From Octopus sinensis (Eukaryota), in NCBI RefSeq assembly GCF_006345805.1, contig NC_043014.1, positions 26,102,001-26,166,000 of the forward strand: 64,000 nucleotides of DNA, read 5' to 3'. A program made the position numbers and the translations under genes. The notes under the pieces were generated by a model that made no database searches, had not been told where the DNA came from, and saw only the letters and a list, made by a program, of their open reading frames with translations. The number at the start of each line of letters is the position of its first letter. The stretch's first letter is position 1. Shown here one piece after another: positions 13,100-25,244 of the stretch.

Positions 13100-15090
13100 T
13101 ATAATCGTCCTGATGCAGACCTACAATCAATTACCCGTCTAACCTGTCGATGCTCCAAATTCGGCAATTGCCACGCCCTTCGGACTAATCGAGTCTTTGC
13201 GGATGTCCTTCGGTCTCCGTAACGTAGCGTAAACATTTCAGCGTTTTATAGACACCGTCACAAGAGGTTTACCGTTCGTGTACGCTTACATCGACGATAT
13301 GCAAGTAAATCTGAAGCCGAACGTGAAAAGCATTTACATCAACTAATCCAGGGGTTAGCTGAGTATGGTATCGTAATCAACACAAGTAAGTGTATTTTTG
13401 GTGTCTCGTTCTTCCATTCCTTGGCCATATTGTCGACAAGGACGGAATCCGGCCTCTACCCCAAAAAGGTGGAGGCGATAGTCAATTTTCTTATTCCTAC
13501 GTTCCTTCAGAAACTGCGCGAATTTTTGGGATTGATTAACTTCTACCAGCGTTTCCTACCACACTGCGCCGAAGCAGCTCAACTACTTACAGATGTTAGG
13601 CGGCGCAGAGCTGGCCTCCTTCAATAAACTAAATGATATGCTAGCAAGGGCCATGATGCTGGTCTATCCCAAACCTGGTGCTCCTCTCACTTTACTGGTT
13701 GATGCGTCCATGTGCAAAGTCGGAGGTGTTTCTCAGCAGTTGGTGGATGGCGTTTGGCAACCATTGTCCTTTTTCTCCAAACGACTTCAGCCTCCGGAGA
13801 CGAAATACAGTACTTTTGGCCGTGAGCTACTGGCTGCGTATCTGTCCGTTAAGCATTTCCACCATATGTTAGAAGGGTCCGTTTTCAGCATCTACACGGA
13901 CCATAAACCGCTAGTATACGCCTTCAGAACAAGATCTAACTGCCATTCTCCCAGAGAAGTCCGTCACTTCGACTTCATCGCCCAATATTCCACAGATATT
14001 CGGCATATCAAAAGCTCAGACAACACAGCAGCAGGCGCGCTTTCACGCGTCCAGCTTAACGCTCTGCACGCTCCAGAGACAATCGATCTTCAGCTGATCG
14101 CGGCAGATCAGGAAACGACTAAGGGCTTAATAAGCTCCTGAATTTGTCGTCTCTCAAGTTCCAGATGTTCCCATTTCTTCTACCTGTCAGATATGGTGCG
14201 ATACCTCCACTGGTCACGAACGCCCTTACGTTCCTGAACAACACCGACGACGTATTTTCACTGCCCTTCACTGCCTATCACACCCCGGCATTCGTTCCAC
14301 CCAGATGATATCAACTCGTTTTGTGTGGACGAACATTAACAAGGACATCCGCGCTTGGGTTAAGGGTTGCGTCGCTTGTCAAAAGGCGAAAATCCAACGA
14401 CATGTAAAATCAACTCTCAGCACTTTCATAACACCGGACCCACGTTTTCAACATATCAACATAGATATAGTCAGACCTCTACTACCTTCCTACAACTATA
14501 CGCATCTGTTGACTTGCATCGACCGCTTTTCTCGATGGCCTGAAACTTTCCCTAAAGCGCTGATATCACACTGGGTATCGCGTTTTGGTGTCCCCACAAC
14601 CATCACGGCAGACAGAGGACGGCAATTCGATTCGCACCTTTTCAGAGAGCTCAAGCTCTTGATCGGCTCCAAATACTGCCGCACAAGGCGTATCATCCAG
14701 CGGCAAACGGCATGGTAGAGAGATTGTGCATGTCCAGACCTAATCAATTGGATAGAATTCCTCCCGCTTATTCTGCTCGGGATCCGTGTATCTATTAAGG
14801 ACGACATCGGCCACTCACCGGCTGAGTTTAGTTTACAGCACCACGCTGGCCCTGCCTGGGCAGATGATCGCTCCTGTTATTCCACGAGATATTCCTGATC
14901 CCACAACTAATGTACATCGTCTCTGTGCACATATGTCCCATCTCTCACCTAACGCACCCCGTTCACAGAAAACCGACACATATGTCCCCTCGGACATTAA
15001 CCAATGGACGCACGATTTTATCTGGAACCATAGAATACAATCACAAATCCGTCCGCCGTATTCTGGACTCAACAGATTACTACAGAGAAG
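13100..15090 (+). mobile_element. Degenerate Ty3/Gypsy pol (RT, RNase H, integrase); no LTRs seen
   Basis: RT: TPFGL, FGLRN, YIDD. RNase H: LVDAS, KYSTFGRELLA, YTDHKPL. Integrase: HCLSHPG, CVAC, HINIDIV, ADRGRQF. Domain order RT-RH-IN. Confidence 0.92.
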
Positions 15091-16509
15091 GGTTAGGGTA
15101 AGAGCTGGCCGGCTAAATACGTACAAGTTCTCTATTTCAAAAAAAAAATCCCGGTGAGTGATTTACAAGCATCAATGCCTTAATTTCTACACGAACACCT
15201 ACAATACTTATTTATTTATTTAATTTTTTCTTTCCATGAACTTCAAAAGAACCATACATTTAACACTTACATTGCCCTAATTCAATTTCCTGTTTGTTAT
15301 ATTAAATTAAAATTGATTCTGCTTGCATCCAATCAGACTAAAATGAACTGAACATTTATTCATAACCTGAACTTTTGTTTGTATACCTTCCCAATTTTAT
15401 CCATATTTTGCACTTACACATTCTTTCAGTCACATTGTCGCACATTGCATTTTGCATTGAATATTTTTTCGTTCATTTTGGAAATGTTTATATTGTTACA
15501 CACATGTGCTAACACTGTCACATTCACGCACTTTTCTCGCTTGTTTTTCATGCTCCCTGCGCCCTTGTACACACAGCTCATCTCTGTAAGACCTTAGGTC
15601 GGTCACGTATACATAGAGTAAGTTGTTTGTCCCTTAAGATGCGCAAGCATGCCACACTTTTGCTCCTGCACATTTCAAGGCATTTAATACCTCATGCATT
15701 GGCTGGCATATTCAGCACTACTTCAATCATTGGCATATTCAGCACTGTTTTGTATTTGTATTCACTGCACCAGCATACTACCTCAACCACACACGCACAC
15801 GCAACTCTATTATGCCTCTATTGCCTTGTTTTTCAACACGTCTGTGCCAGTTCAGCTCTTTCCCGACTCTATGCACGTCGGATGTTCACAAGTTCCCTGC
15901 GCTCATGTTTAGACATGATTTATCTCTGTTAGATCCCTGTTTGGTCACGTAATAAATAGAGAAAATTACCTGACTCGCGCATCACTCCAGCATGCTACAC
16001 TGTCGTCCTTGCTAACCTCAACAATTACCCACAACAACAATGCCAGGCACATTTCACATCTGAAGAGCCTTCAAGGCATTTCACACACTACAACCATGCT
16101 GGAAGATATACGATATCATGGACTGACAATTCACTCACTCGCTCTTCTGAGCTCATTTTTCAGTGAATTTTGATACGTGCACCTGCATTCGTGTATACCC
16201 CTCATCGCACGCACGTACCCGCTAACTCATTTTCCGTACTGCCCTCTCACTGACCTCACATTCTGGCACGCAAAGTGATACCACTATTCATACTCATTTG
16301 AATAAATATCTGCCCGTATACATTTCAATGATCCTCTCTGCTGATATGCAAGAAAAGATAATTATAGCTTTTATATGATACACATGATACTCCGTCGAGT
16401 CATGGCATTATACAAAGTAACCGTAAATAAATATTTCTTTACAAATTCGATCACTGGTCTTCTTCCAGCTTGCACATGGTGACCCTCGACTGCAACGAAA
16501 ACTAACCGT

Positions 16510-16800
16510 TCCATCCATCCATCCATCCATCCATCCATCCATCCGCACGTACAGCTTGTGAGTGTGTGTGTGTGCGTGTGTGCATGCACGCGCTTGTGAG
16601 TGTGTGTGTGTGCGTGTGTGCATGTGTGTATGTGCGTGTGTGTATGCACGCGCTTGTGAGTGTGTGTGTGTGCGTGTGTGCGTGAATGCGTGTGTGCGTG
16701 TGTGCATGCACGCGCTTGTGAGTGTGTGTGTGTGTGCGTGTGTGAGTGTGTGTGTGTGCGTGTGTGTATGCACGCGCTTGTGAGTGTGTGTGTGCGTGTG
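16510..16800. repeat. (CATC)n tract plus ~40-60-bp GT-rich minisatellite
   Basis: The motif atgcacgcgcttgtgagtgtg recurs four times within (TG)n. Confidence 0.85.
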
Positions 16801-17130
16801 TGCGTGAATGCGTGTGTGTATTTATATATGTATGTGTATATTTATATTCACAAATGCATGCATACATGCATTCATACATACATACATACATACATTCATT
16901 CATACATACATACATACATACATACATACGTACGTACGTACGTATGTATGTATGTATGTATGTATGTATGTATGTATGTATGTATGAATGAATGTATGTA
17001 TGTATGTATGTATGTATGAATGAATGTATGTATGCATGCATTTGTGAATATAAATATACACATACATATATAAATACACACACGCATTCACGCACACACG
17101 CACACACACACACTCACAAGCGCGTGCATA
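16767..17130. repeat. ~360-bp spacerless inverted repeat (palindrome) centred at 16935/16936
   Basis: Arms are reverse complements, including the unique core gtatatttatattcacaaatgcatg / catgcatttgtgaatataaatatac. Confidence 0.92.
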
Positions 17131-17174
17131 TATGATGAATGCATAGTTGTATTGTAACTGTACAATATTGAATA

Positions 17175-17618
17175 TGTGGTAGATCGAACTGTGCAACATG
17201 TCCTAACCTGCTAGAAGGATCAGAATTCCTCTTTAAAGAGGGACAGAAATTCAAGATCAAATCTAACTTTACTTGTGCCTCCTAAAACATAATTTATGTC
17301 ATAAAATGCTCGGGCTGCCACCAAGACTACGTGAGTTCCACGGGACTATCACTCAGACGTAGATGCACACTGCATCGACAACAGATTGCATTCCCAGAAT
17401 ATAGAATGATACCTTTTAGTGAGCACATTGAGAAATGCGCAAAGCAACTACTACCACAATTTTTAATCTTTCCATTTTACCAATGTGCTTTCAGATCATC
17501 AACACAAATTAGACTAAACAAAGAAACATTCTTCATTGAAAAGTACAAGCCCAGACTCAACCATCCGAACATACTGATACAGAGAAATTCACACCAAGGG
17601 AGAGGAAAAAATTTTTAA
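17175..17618 (+). mobile_element. Penelope-like element C-terminus: Cys linker plus GIY-YIG endonuclease (pseudogenised)
   Basis: Single frame: CGRSNCATCPNL..KIKSNFTCAS*NIIYVIKCSGCHQDYVSSTGLSLRRR..H..EH..ETFFIEKYKPRLN. Confidence 0.85.
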
Positions 17619-17727
17619 ACGATTATCTCCCTTACACCGGAAGAAATCACTCACTACCTTCCCTTATTTAGAACTCTCCTGAACATGAACATAACGAAAA
17701 CTCTATTCAACATAAACATAACGTCGC

Positions 17728-17766
17728 AAGAAATTTGAAAAGCTACACGCGAAACCGGTCTTTCTT
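17728..17766 (+). ncRNA. Degenerate minimal hammerhead-like motif downstream of the Penelope ORF
   Basis: AAGAAA-UUUGAAAA-GC UACAC GC-GAAAC CG GUC-UUUCUU. 6-bp stem I and palindromic ACCGGU; the CUGANGA box is decayed. Confidence 0.5.
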
Positions 17767-17919
17767 TTAAATTATGTCATTATAAGAAAAAAAATTTTTT
17801 TTTTTAATTTTCTAATATTCTTCAGACATATTGACGCAAATATATATATATTTTTTAACATTTAAGCCTTCTGTAGTTTTTTCACTCTTTACTATTTTCT
17901 ATATATATATGTATATATC

Positions 17920-18205
17920 TCCCCCCTCCTCACCTATCCTTTCCCCCCGACCCCTACTTCTTCAGTCCTTCATCCTTTCACCCCTACTCCCCTTCCCTTC
18001 TTCCCTCTTTCTCCCTCCCTCCTTCCCTCTTCCCCTTCCCTCTGCTCCCTCACTCCCTCTCTCCCCCTCTCCCTCTTTCCTCCTTCCTCCCCCTCCTCCC
18101 CTTCTTTCTCCCCTCCTCTCTCTCCCCCTCCTCTCCTCTTCCCCTCCCCCTCCCACCTCCCCTTCCACTCCCCTTCTCTCCCCTCTCTTCTCCCCCTCTT
18201 CTCCT
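17920..18205. repeat. Polypyrimidine (C/T) low-complexity tract
   Basis: Nearly pure C/T on the + strand. Confidence 0.9.
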
Positions 18206-18249
18206 CACTACACCACACGACTTTACACATCACATCATATATGATGTGC

Positions 18250-18575
18250 CATACTAATACATACACCAACTAATACATACTAATACGTACTAATACATAC
18301 TAATACATACGAATACATACACCAACCCTATACATACACACGTCCAGACCCCGCATACGCACTTATACTCTCTCATACACACACACACACTTATACATAC
18401 TAATACGTACTAATACATACTAATACATACTAATACATACACCAACCCCATACATACGCACGTCCAGACCAATCCTACGCACTAATACTCTCTCATACAC
18501 ACACACACACCCTTATACATACTAATACATACACCAACCCTATACATACACACGTCCAGACCCCTCCTACGCACT
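18250..18575. repeat. Minisatellite, about 3 units with (taatacatac)n subrepeats
   Basis: accaaccc.atacatac.cacgtccagacc recurs at ~18321, ~18441 and ~18532. Confidence 0.85.
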
Positions 18576-18639
18576 ATTAGCTGGTCCTTCAACCCTTTTA
18601 TCAACCCTATTATCAACCCTATTATCTCCCCTTATTTCG

Positions 18640-18895
18640 CTCTCGCGTCTCATGTTTGATCTTTGACCTCTGGCCGAAATCAGATCGCCATGTTGATTCG
18701 TTAGCTACTGCACGCATTTTTTTCTCTCTCCTTCTTTCTGTGGTTTTTTCTCTCTGTGTATCTTTCTGTTGAAGAGCGTAGGCTCGAAACGTTAAAGACT
18801 TGTTTTATTTATATTTCCTGAGCGCCATACTAATACAATTGTTCGTTTGTTTTCCACCTGCCTTCGTCTTTTGTCTATTTTCATAAAGCTTCCCG

Positions 18896-18897
<2 letters not shown>
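18640..18897 (+). mobile_element. Penelope-like pseudo-LTR remnant with hammerhead-like motif at 18761-18799
   Basis: UCUUU-CUGUUGA-AGAGC GUAG GCUC-GAAAC GUU-AAAGA; a related motif lies on the minus strand at ~55436-55472. Confidence 0.55.
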
Positions 18898-18942
<45 letters not shown>

Positions 18943-18954
18943 TACATATTTTCT

Positions 18955-19275
18955 TCTATTCTTTTATTCTTTTATTTGTTTCAGTCATTTTACCGTGCCC
19001 ATGCTTGAGCACCGCGTTTAGTCGAGCAAGTCGACTCCAAGACTTATTCTTTGTAAGCCGAGTACTTATTCTATCGGGCTCTTTTGCCGAACTGCTAAGA
19101 TACGGGGACGTAAACGCAATAACATCGGTTGTCAAACAGAGATACACACACACACACGCACACATATACGACGGGCTTCTTACAGTCTCCATCTACCAAA
19201 TCCACTCACAAGGCTTTGGTCGGCCCGAGGCTATAGTAGAAGACACCCAAGGTGTCACACAGCCACTCCTGTGCC
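18955..19275 (-). mobile_element. SINE family A
   Basis: Reverse-complement similarity to 4577-4995. Confidence 0.85.
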
Positions 19276-19299
19276 TATATATATATTTTTTTTTTAAAG

Positions 19300-19479
19300 C
19301 AGAGTTTCACGCTCCCGTTCGTCGAACAGTTAACAAAACCGTCCGACGAACGGGAACGTGAAACTCTGAGTAACACCGTTTGTTATATTTCTGCTGCTTT
19401 TAAATAAAGCATATAATCCAACCGGTGGTATTTGAGTACTCTTTTTTCCACCTTGTTTCACATTTATGTGCTTACTCCG

Positions 19480-19480
<1 letters not shown>
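19300..19480 (+). mobile_element. Penelope-like pseudo-LTR remnant with 25-bp inverted duplication and hammerhead-like motif
   Basis: Inverted repeat 19300-19324 / 19344-19368 (1 mismatch); motif CCGACGA-ACG GGAA CGU-GAAACUCUGAGUA. Confidence 0.55.
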
Positions 19481-19564
<84 letters not shown>

Positions 19565-19574
19565 ATATATATAT

Positions 19575-19790
19575 AAATGGGACAAGAACGCAAAGCACCC
19601 AGACATACGATACAGAGTAAACAAAGACGGGACATTCGGAGTTTTCTTTCCTCAGTCGAGTTTTAGATTATCTTTGCAATTTCGCCTGGTTATACCCGAG
19701 ATTGCTCCAATCTGGCCAGCCCCAAGGAGAAACTAAGCTAAGAGCACTAGATTCCTTGGAAGAAAGCAGCGAATGTATGCGAAAACAAAA
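19575..19790. repeat. Dispersed repeat also present at ~47040-47250 (possibly a Penelope pseudo-LTR)
   Basis: Shared ttgctccaa..ggccagccccaag..aaactaagct..agca.tagatt.cttgg. Confidence 0.55.
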
Positions 19791-21635
19791 AAAAGCTCCC
19801 ACCCGAGAAAAACAGCGACCATTTTGGTCAAATATTTGGAACGTAAAGAAGGTTTTCAACCTGAATGCATTATGGTTAAATACAATTGAGAGAGGATACT
19901 GTCCCATCACTAACAGTAAAACATATGAGAGAGGATACTGTTCCAACGCTAACAGTAAAACATACGCAATTGATGCAGAAACCTTCGCTATAGTGGTAAG
20001 CAAATTGCAGAATGGGAAGGCATCTGGAAGGGACCTAACAGTTGGATATTCGCACAAGAAGTTGACATTTTATAGAAACCAATTGATATCAATGTTCAAA
20101 TGGACTATGGCACGTCAGACTGATATACTAAATTAGCTTGCTACAGCAAGGGCAATTCTTGTTGCCACAAAAGAAATCACCGAGATGGCAGGAAACTACA
20201 GGCCTATTGCTTGCCTAAACATTATGTACAAACTGTACACAAGTTGCCTCAACCATTTCTTCCAGGACCATTGTGAGTCAAACAACATTGTGATTAATGA
20301 ACAGGCTGTTGGAAAGAAAGAAGTGTGGAGGTGTGCCGAACAACTTTTAATAAATAATGATACGCTGCCTGAAGTAAGAAAACAACACAGAAACCTTGTG
20401 ACAGTATAGCTTGACTATAAGAAGGCATTCGAATCTATCTCTCATTCATAGCTGAAGTGCCTAAATCTGGTAAGGGTACCCACTGACTTAACTATAGATA
20501 ACTGGGAACTTCGACAGAAACAGTGATGTTGACAGGCTCTACCTAAGAAGAAATGAAGGTGGTAGAGGCCTGAGATCAGTGTAGAGGCCTTCGAATGCCG
20601 TATAGTATTACTCGGGTAGCACCTGCTAAACAACAGCAGCAAAAATAAATATATAAATGCAGTTCTAAAAAGTGAAGTGAGCTCCTCGAGAAGTACTCTC
20701 TTCTTGATGATTTACACAATCCCAAAACAGCTGGGCTCTCTTACCTCAGAGAGGACCTTGATGGAAAGCACTCAGCATACAAAAAAAAAAAATGCATGGG
20801 TATAATGCCCGGAAGCTTGAAGAAGACAGTAGAATTCAAACGAAGCGCAGCCTCTGTTGCGCGCAAGGCCACTACATCACACTTTGAAGGCTATGCGTTT
20901 GCAATCCAGGAACATGAATTTTCCACAAAGTAACTGGTAAACAAGAGAGACAGTGACGCTCTTGTAATCCCAAAGTACAACCGCTTGTGTAGGCTATGTC
21001 ATGTTTCTGTGGAAGCCATCACGTATGTGATTAGCAGCTTTCCTAAAATGTCGTCATGGTACTACCTCCCTATGCGGCACGATGTTGTTGCTAAAGTAAT
21101 TTACAATGCGATACGCAAAAAAGACTGTCTTGAAATAAACTTTGAAAATCTCTCTGTTATGGAATACATGCATAAACACCAACTCAAGGAATACTAGCGG
21201 AATATTCCCATCAAAACTTCTATTGAATGTAAACATAACAGGCCAGATATTGTTGTTTGGGACAGAGAGGCAAAGGTACATACCATCACAGAGGTCAGCT
21301 GCCATGCAGATATAAATATCTCTTTGAAAATCAAAGAAAACTATGGATTCATATTTATAACAATAATTATTGGAGCATTAGGGTTTGTTAGTAGAGGCTT
21401 AAAGGAGATTCTAGATAAACTAGGATTTTCAAAAAGAGAAATTGACCAGCTAGTTCGTACATTTTAAGTCCAATCTGTGAGTGGAACACTAAAAATATGC
21501 AAAACTTTTCTCAAGTGCCAAATGCGAATTTGTCTGTGTTAACTACATTCCAAAGATGGAGACTTGTATCTTTGTTGGAAACCGGCTCCCTCCTCAGTGG
21601 AAGATTTATAATAATTAAAAAGTAGAAGAGATATA
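19790..21635 (+). mobile_element. Internally deleted R4/Dong-type LINE
   Basis: RT N-half NYRPIACLNIMYKLYT, EQLLIN, LDYKKAF; then CRLCHVSVEAITYVISS, MRHDVVAK, HNRPDIVVWD. Ends in a catac-rich tail. Confidence 0.85.
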
Positions 21636-21660
21636 CATTTATGCATACATTCATACATAC

Positions 21661-22620
21661 TCGCACCTTTGCTGTTCACCAAAATGTTCTCACCATGTTG
21701 GCGGATGCTTTCCGCAACATCAATGAAACCAGCGTCACGATCAGATTCAGAACTGATTGCAGATTTTTCAACCTGCAGAGATTACAGGCAAAGACCAAGG
21801 TGAAAGAGGACTCAGTGTGTGACCCCCTGTTCGCAGACTATTGCGCTCTCAACACAACTATAGAGGCTCAAATATAACAGAGCTTTTCCACTGCCTGGAG
21901 GGACTTTGGCCTCACAATCAGTACTCAAAAGACAGAGGTCATGCACCAAACTTACTCTACAAATGCAGTATGTGGAGCCAACTATCACTGTTGAAGGGGA
22001 AAACCTGAAGGTTGTTAAGTTCACATATTGCGACGGCACACACTCCAGATCTGTGAACATTGACGAGAAAGTCGACGCATTCACTGCATAGGGAAGCACT
22101 GTATTCGGGCGGCTATGTGAATCAGTATGAGAGAGGAGAGGCATTAAGATGGTCACCATGTTGAAGGTGTACCAAGCAGTTGTACTGCCTACACTAGTAA
22201 ATGCCTGCGGGATTTGGATGGCTTGCGATCGCCACACCAAACGGCTAAATCGCTTCTACGTGAACTGTCTGAGAAAACTGCTGAAAATCAGCTGGCAAGT
22301 CAAGGTCCAAGTCGTGGAGGTCTTCTCTAAAGATGATCTTCCAAGCGTTTACACACTGGTGAGGAGAGCGCAGGTCAGGTGAGCAGGCCACTTAATCCTC
22401 AAAAGACTGTTTTATAGTGAAATGGCAGAAGACAGGTGCACACGATGTGGGCAGAAAAAGTGCTTCAATGATACACTCAAAGCCTCACTGAAGTACATGC
22501 AGATCAACCTTGACACTCGGGAAATGTGAACAGAATTGGATTGTAAGAACACAAAAAGAAATGTGAGCTGCGCAAGTCCAGTGTCAAATCTTTGCCTCCA
22601 TGCCCAGCAGAAAACCAGAT
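21661..22620 (+). mobile_element. RTE (BovB-like) LINE, 3' part, degenerate
   Basis: IRFRTDCRFFNLQRLQAKTKV..LFADYCAL, LKVYQAVVLPTL and CLRKLLKISWQ are RTE-clade RT signatures. Confidence 0.85.
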
Positions 22621-22959
22621 CTGCGGCAGAACCTTTCGAGCACGTATTAGATTGTTTCAAGCAGTGAAAATGTAGCAAAGCTAGGGAGGGGACGGCGTCC
22701 TAGCATGGCCGCAGCTGAAAAGAAAAAATACATATAATGTATACATAAATATATACATATAACGCATGTACTCCATTACATTACATTGTACTATATATAC
22801 AATGGCAGGATGTTTACCATTTGACCAGCAGATTTAGAAAATAATTTTTGTAACTAAACACTTTCAAACTTCGTATACTGGTAAACCCTAAAATCCTAAC
22901 TCTAACCCTAAAACCTTAAAGCTAAAACTTGTACAAACGCACGAATGATGTCATAAATA

Positions 22960-23390
22960 ACAGTGACAAACGAAAAATACAATTATGGAAATATCTTAAA
23001 ATTTCAAACAAATTAATTTTGATATGGGGTAGGACCGCCTTTGGCAATAATTACAGCTTGAATTCTACGAGGCATAGACGCGTACAAAATTTGAATTGTT
23101 TCCAAAGGAATTTTTGTCCACTCTTCAGCTAAAATAGTTTCCAGTTCTTGTAGTGATGATGGTAGAGGGTGTTGACTTCTTACTTGTTTTTCTAAAATGC
23201 ACCATAATTGTTCGATAATATTGAGATCTGGGAACTGTGGTGGCCAGATAAGATGTTCAACTTCACGAGAATATTCTTCGTGTCATTCAGTAACAACTTT
23301 AGCAATGTGAATTGGTGAAATTTCATCCTGGAAGATTTCCTTTCCCTCCGGAAACAGTTCCGCAACCATAGGATGAAGACACTTTTCAAA
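22960..23390 (-). mobile_element. Tc1-like transposon fragment
   Basis: Similar to 61590-62791 (ccgcctttggca.taattacagcttgaatt; ttccctccggaaacagttccgcaaccatagg). Confidence 0.8.
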
Positions 23391-24319
23391 GGTACTACGC
23401 ATTCGTATTGAAGCCGGCTTAATGTGGTTGGAAAGCAAGTTTCTTGTCACGCCGGTACATAAGTATGTATATATATTAATATATGAGTGTGTGTGTGTGT
23501 GTGTGGGTGTGTGTATTCACTGTATCCTTATAAACAGCCTTTTCATTGTAGAAAACGACTAACAAGTGTTATACATACATACATATATATACACTTGCAT
23601 ATATTCATACATACATGCATAAATACACACACACACACACACATATCATACATATGTGTGTATATATATGTATATATCGTTATTAGGACAGAGCAAAACA
23701 GAAATTTAAAGAGAATACAAAGGTGGAGGAAAGTGGAGGAAAGGAAAGAGAAAGTTAGGACGAGGGAAGCAGTTAATAATATAGATGTGGAAATGGGTGA
23801 AAGCAATGATAACAGGGAATTCCAAATAGGGAAGGTGGAGTGATAGTAGGTGGAGCAGATTTTGAAGGGTATTACGACAAGGCTAGAAGTCGGATAGAAG
23901 ACAACCCACAAATGGGGGGGGGGAATAGGCTGAGCGTGGTAGGATACAAGAGAGGAAGGATGATAAAGTGGCGGGTGGAGACGGGTAGGTGATGTGGACA
24001 AGGTATTTTAAGAAGAGAAAGCGACGAAGAGCTGGGGGAGAGTTCAAAGAGATGTGGGAAAGAATAGAGTGACCAGAAGGAGTGAGTGGATGGGTACTCA
24101 GTGTCAACGTTTAAGTATATACTTACAGACATGTCAGAAAAATTTTAACGAATGTTAAAGAGGTGGCTTTGTGAATTATATTGACTAATTTATGAGGAAT
24201 GTATTAAAACTGTTTTTAACACTGAATTCTACTATAACTACTATTAATTGATCTGAATTATATACACATACATACACATAATTTCCTTTATTTTCTACTG
24301 GTTAACACACACTAACACA

Positions 24320-24480
24320 CACACATATATACGTCGGGCTTCTTTCAGTTTCCCTCTACCAAATCCACTCACAATGGTTTGATTGGCCCGAGAGGCTACA
24401 GTAGAAGACATTTGCCCAAGGTGTCACGCAGTGGGACTGAACCCGGAACCATATGATTGGGAAGCAAGCTTCTCACTGCG
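24320..24480 (-). mobile_element. SINE family A, 5' half
   Basis: gggcttctttcagtttcc...cccaaggtgtcacgcagtgggactgaacc. Confidence 0.8.
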
Positions 24481-24482
24481 TC

Positions 24483-24518
<36 letters not shown>

Positions 24519-24522
24519 ATAT

Positions 24523-24593
<71 letters not shown>

Positions 24594-24867
24594 GCATATA
24601 TATCTATGTCTATATATATGCATATATATATACATACATACATAACTGTGTGTGGGTGTGTGTGTGTGTTTGTGGTGATATAAAGCCATAATTTTAAGCA
24701 AAACTAAAAACGTAGTGTTTTCGGTTGGCTGACTCTACACTGAGAGTAGACTCTAATTCCTTCTGACGATCAGGTTGGCTGGGATTTCAAGATTTGCCTA
24801 GTGAAACTTGAATTTCACTACGTACGTACGTGCCTACGTACTCATTTATACATACACACATGCATAC

Positions 24868-24926
<59 letters not shown>

Positions 24927-24954
24927 TACATACATACATACATACATACATCAA

Positions 24955-25243
24955 GGAATAGGAAATATCAATCAAATGCCTGATGCACAAAAGGGCTGGA
25001 GATACAGGAAAAGCCGTAAAATGTTTATATCCGTAACTATTGGGACACTGATATATATAACAGACTGCTTATATATCAATCTTGAGGAATTAGGCTTCTC
25101 AAAATCAGAAAGGAGAAAGCTGATTCGAAGACTAAAGGCCCAAGCCTTCACTTAAACTAAATATCTGCAAAACCGTCCAGAAGTTTATCATTTAAGTATA
25201 TGAGCATGTATAGATATGCAAGTATATGCATGAGAAGACATAC
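24955..25243 (+). mobile_element. R4/Dong-type LINE, short 3' fragment
   Basis: IGTLIYITDCLYINLEELGFSKSERRKLIRRL and 3' UTR atgagcatgtatagatatgcaa match the copy at 49592-51797; preceded by (TACA)n. Confidence 0.75.
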
Positions 25244-25244
25244 T

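Noticed and set aside
15150-16350. Possible Gypsy 3' LTR
   Set aside because: No matching upstream copy, polypurine tract or TG..CA termini were identified.
17831-18269. Pro/Ser- or Gly/Glu/Arg-rich ORFs and G-quadruplex or triplex potential
   Set aside because: This is a simple polypyrimidine tract with no evidence of function.
18250-18575. Regularly spaced repeats as a possible CRISPR array
   Set aside because: The spacers are themselves repeated, there are no cas genes, and the context is eukaryotic; this is a minisatellite.
19630-19662. Minus-strand CUGAGGA/CUGAAGA boxes here and at ~47075-47100
   Set aside because: They are followed by GAAU rather than GAAA and lack convincing stems, so they were not counted as hammerheads.
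22883-22928. Telomere-like taaccc repeats (also gggttaggg at ~15089)
   Set aside because: Too short and degenerate to call an interstitial telomere.
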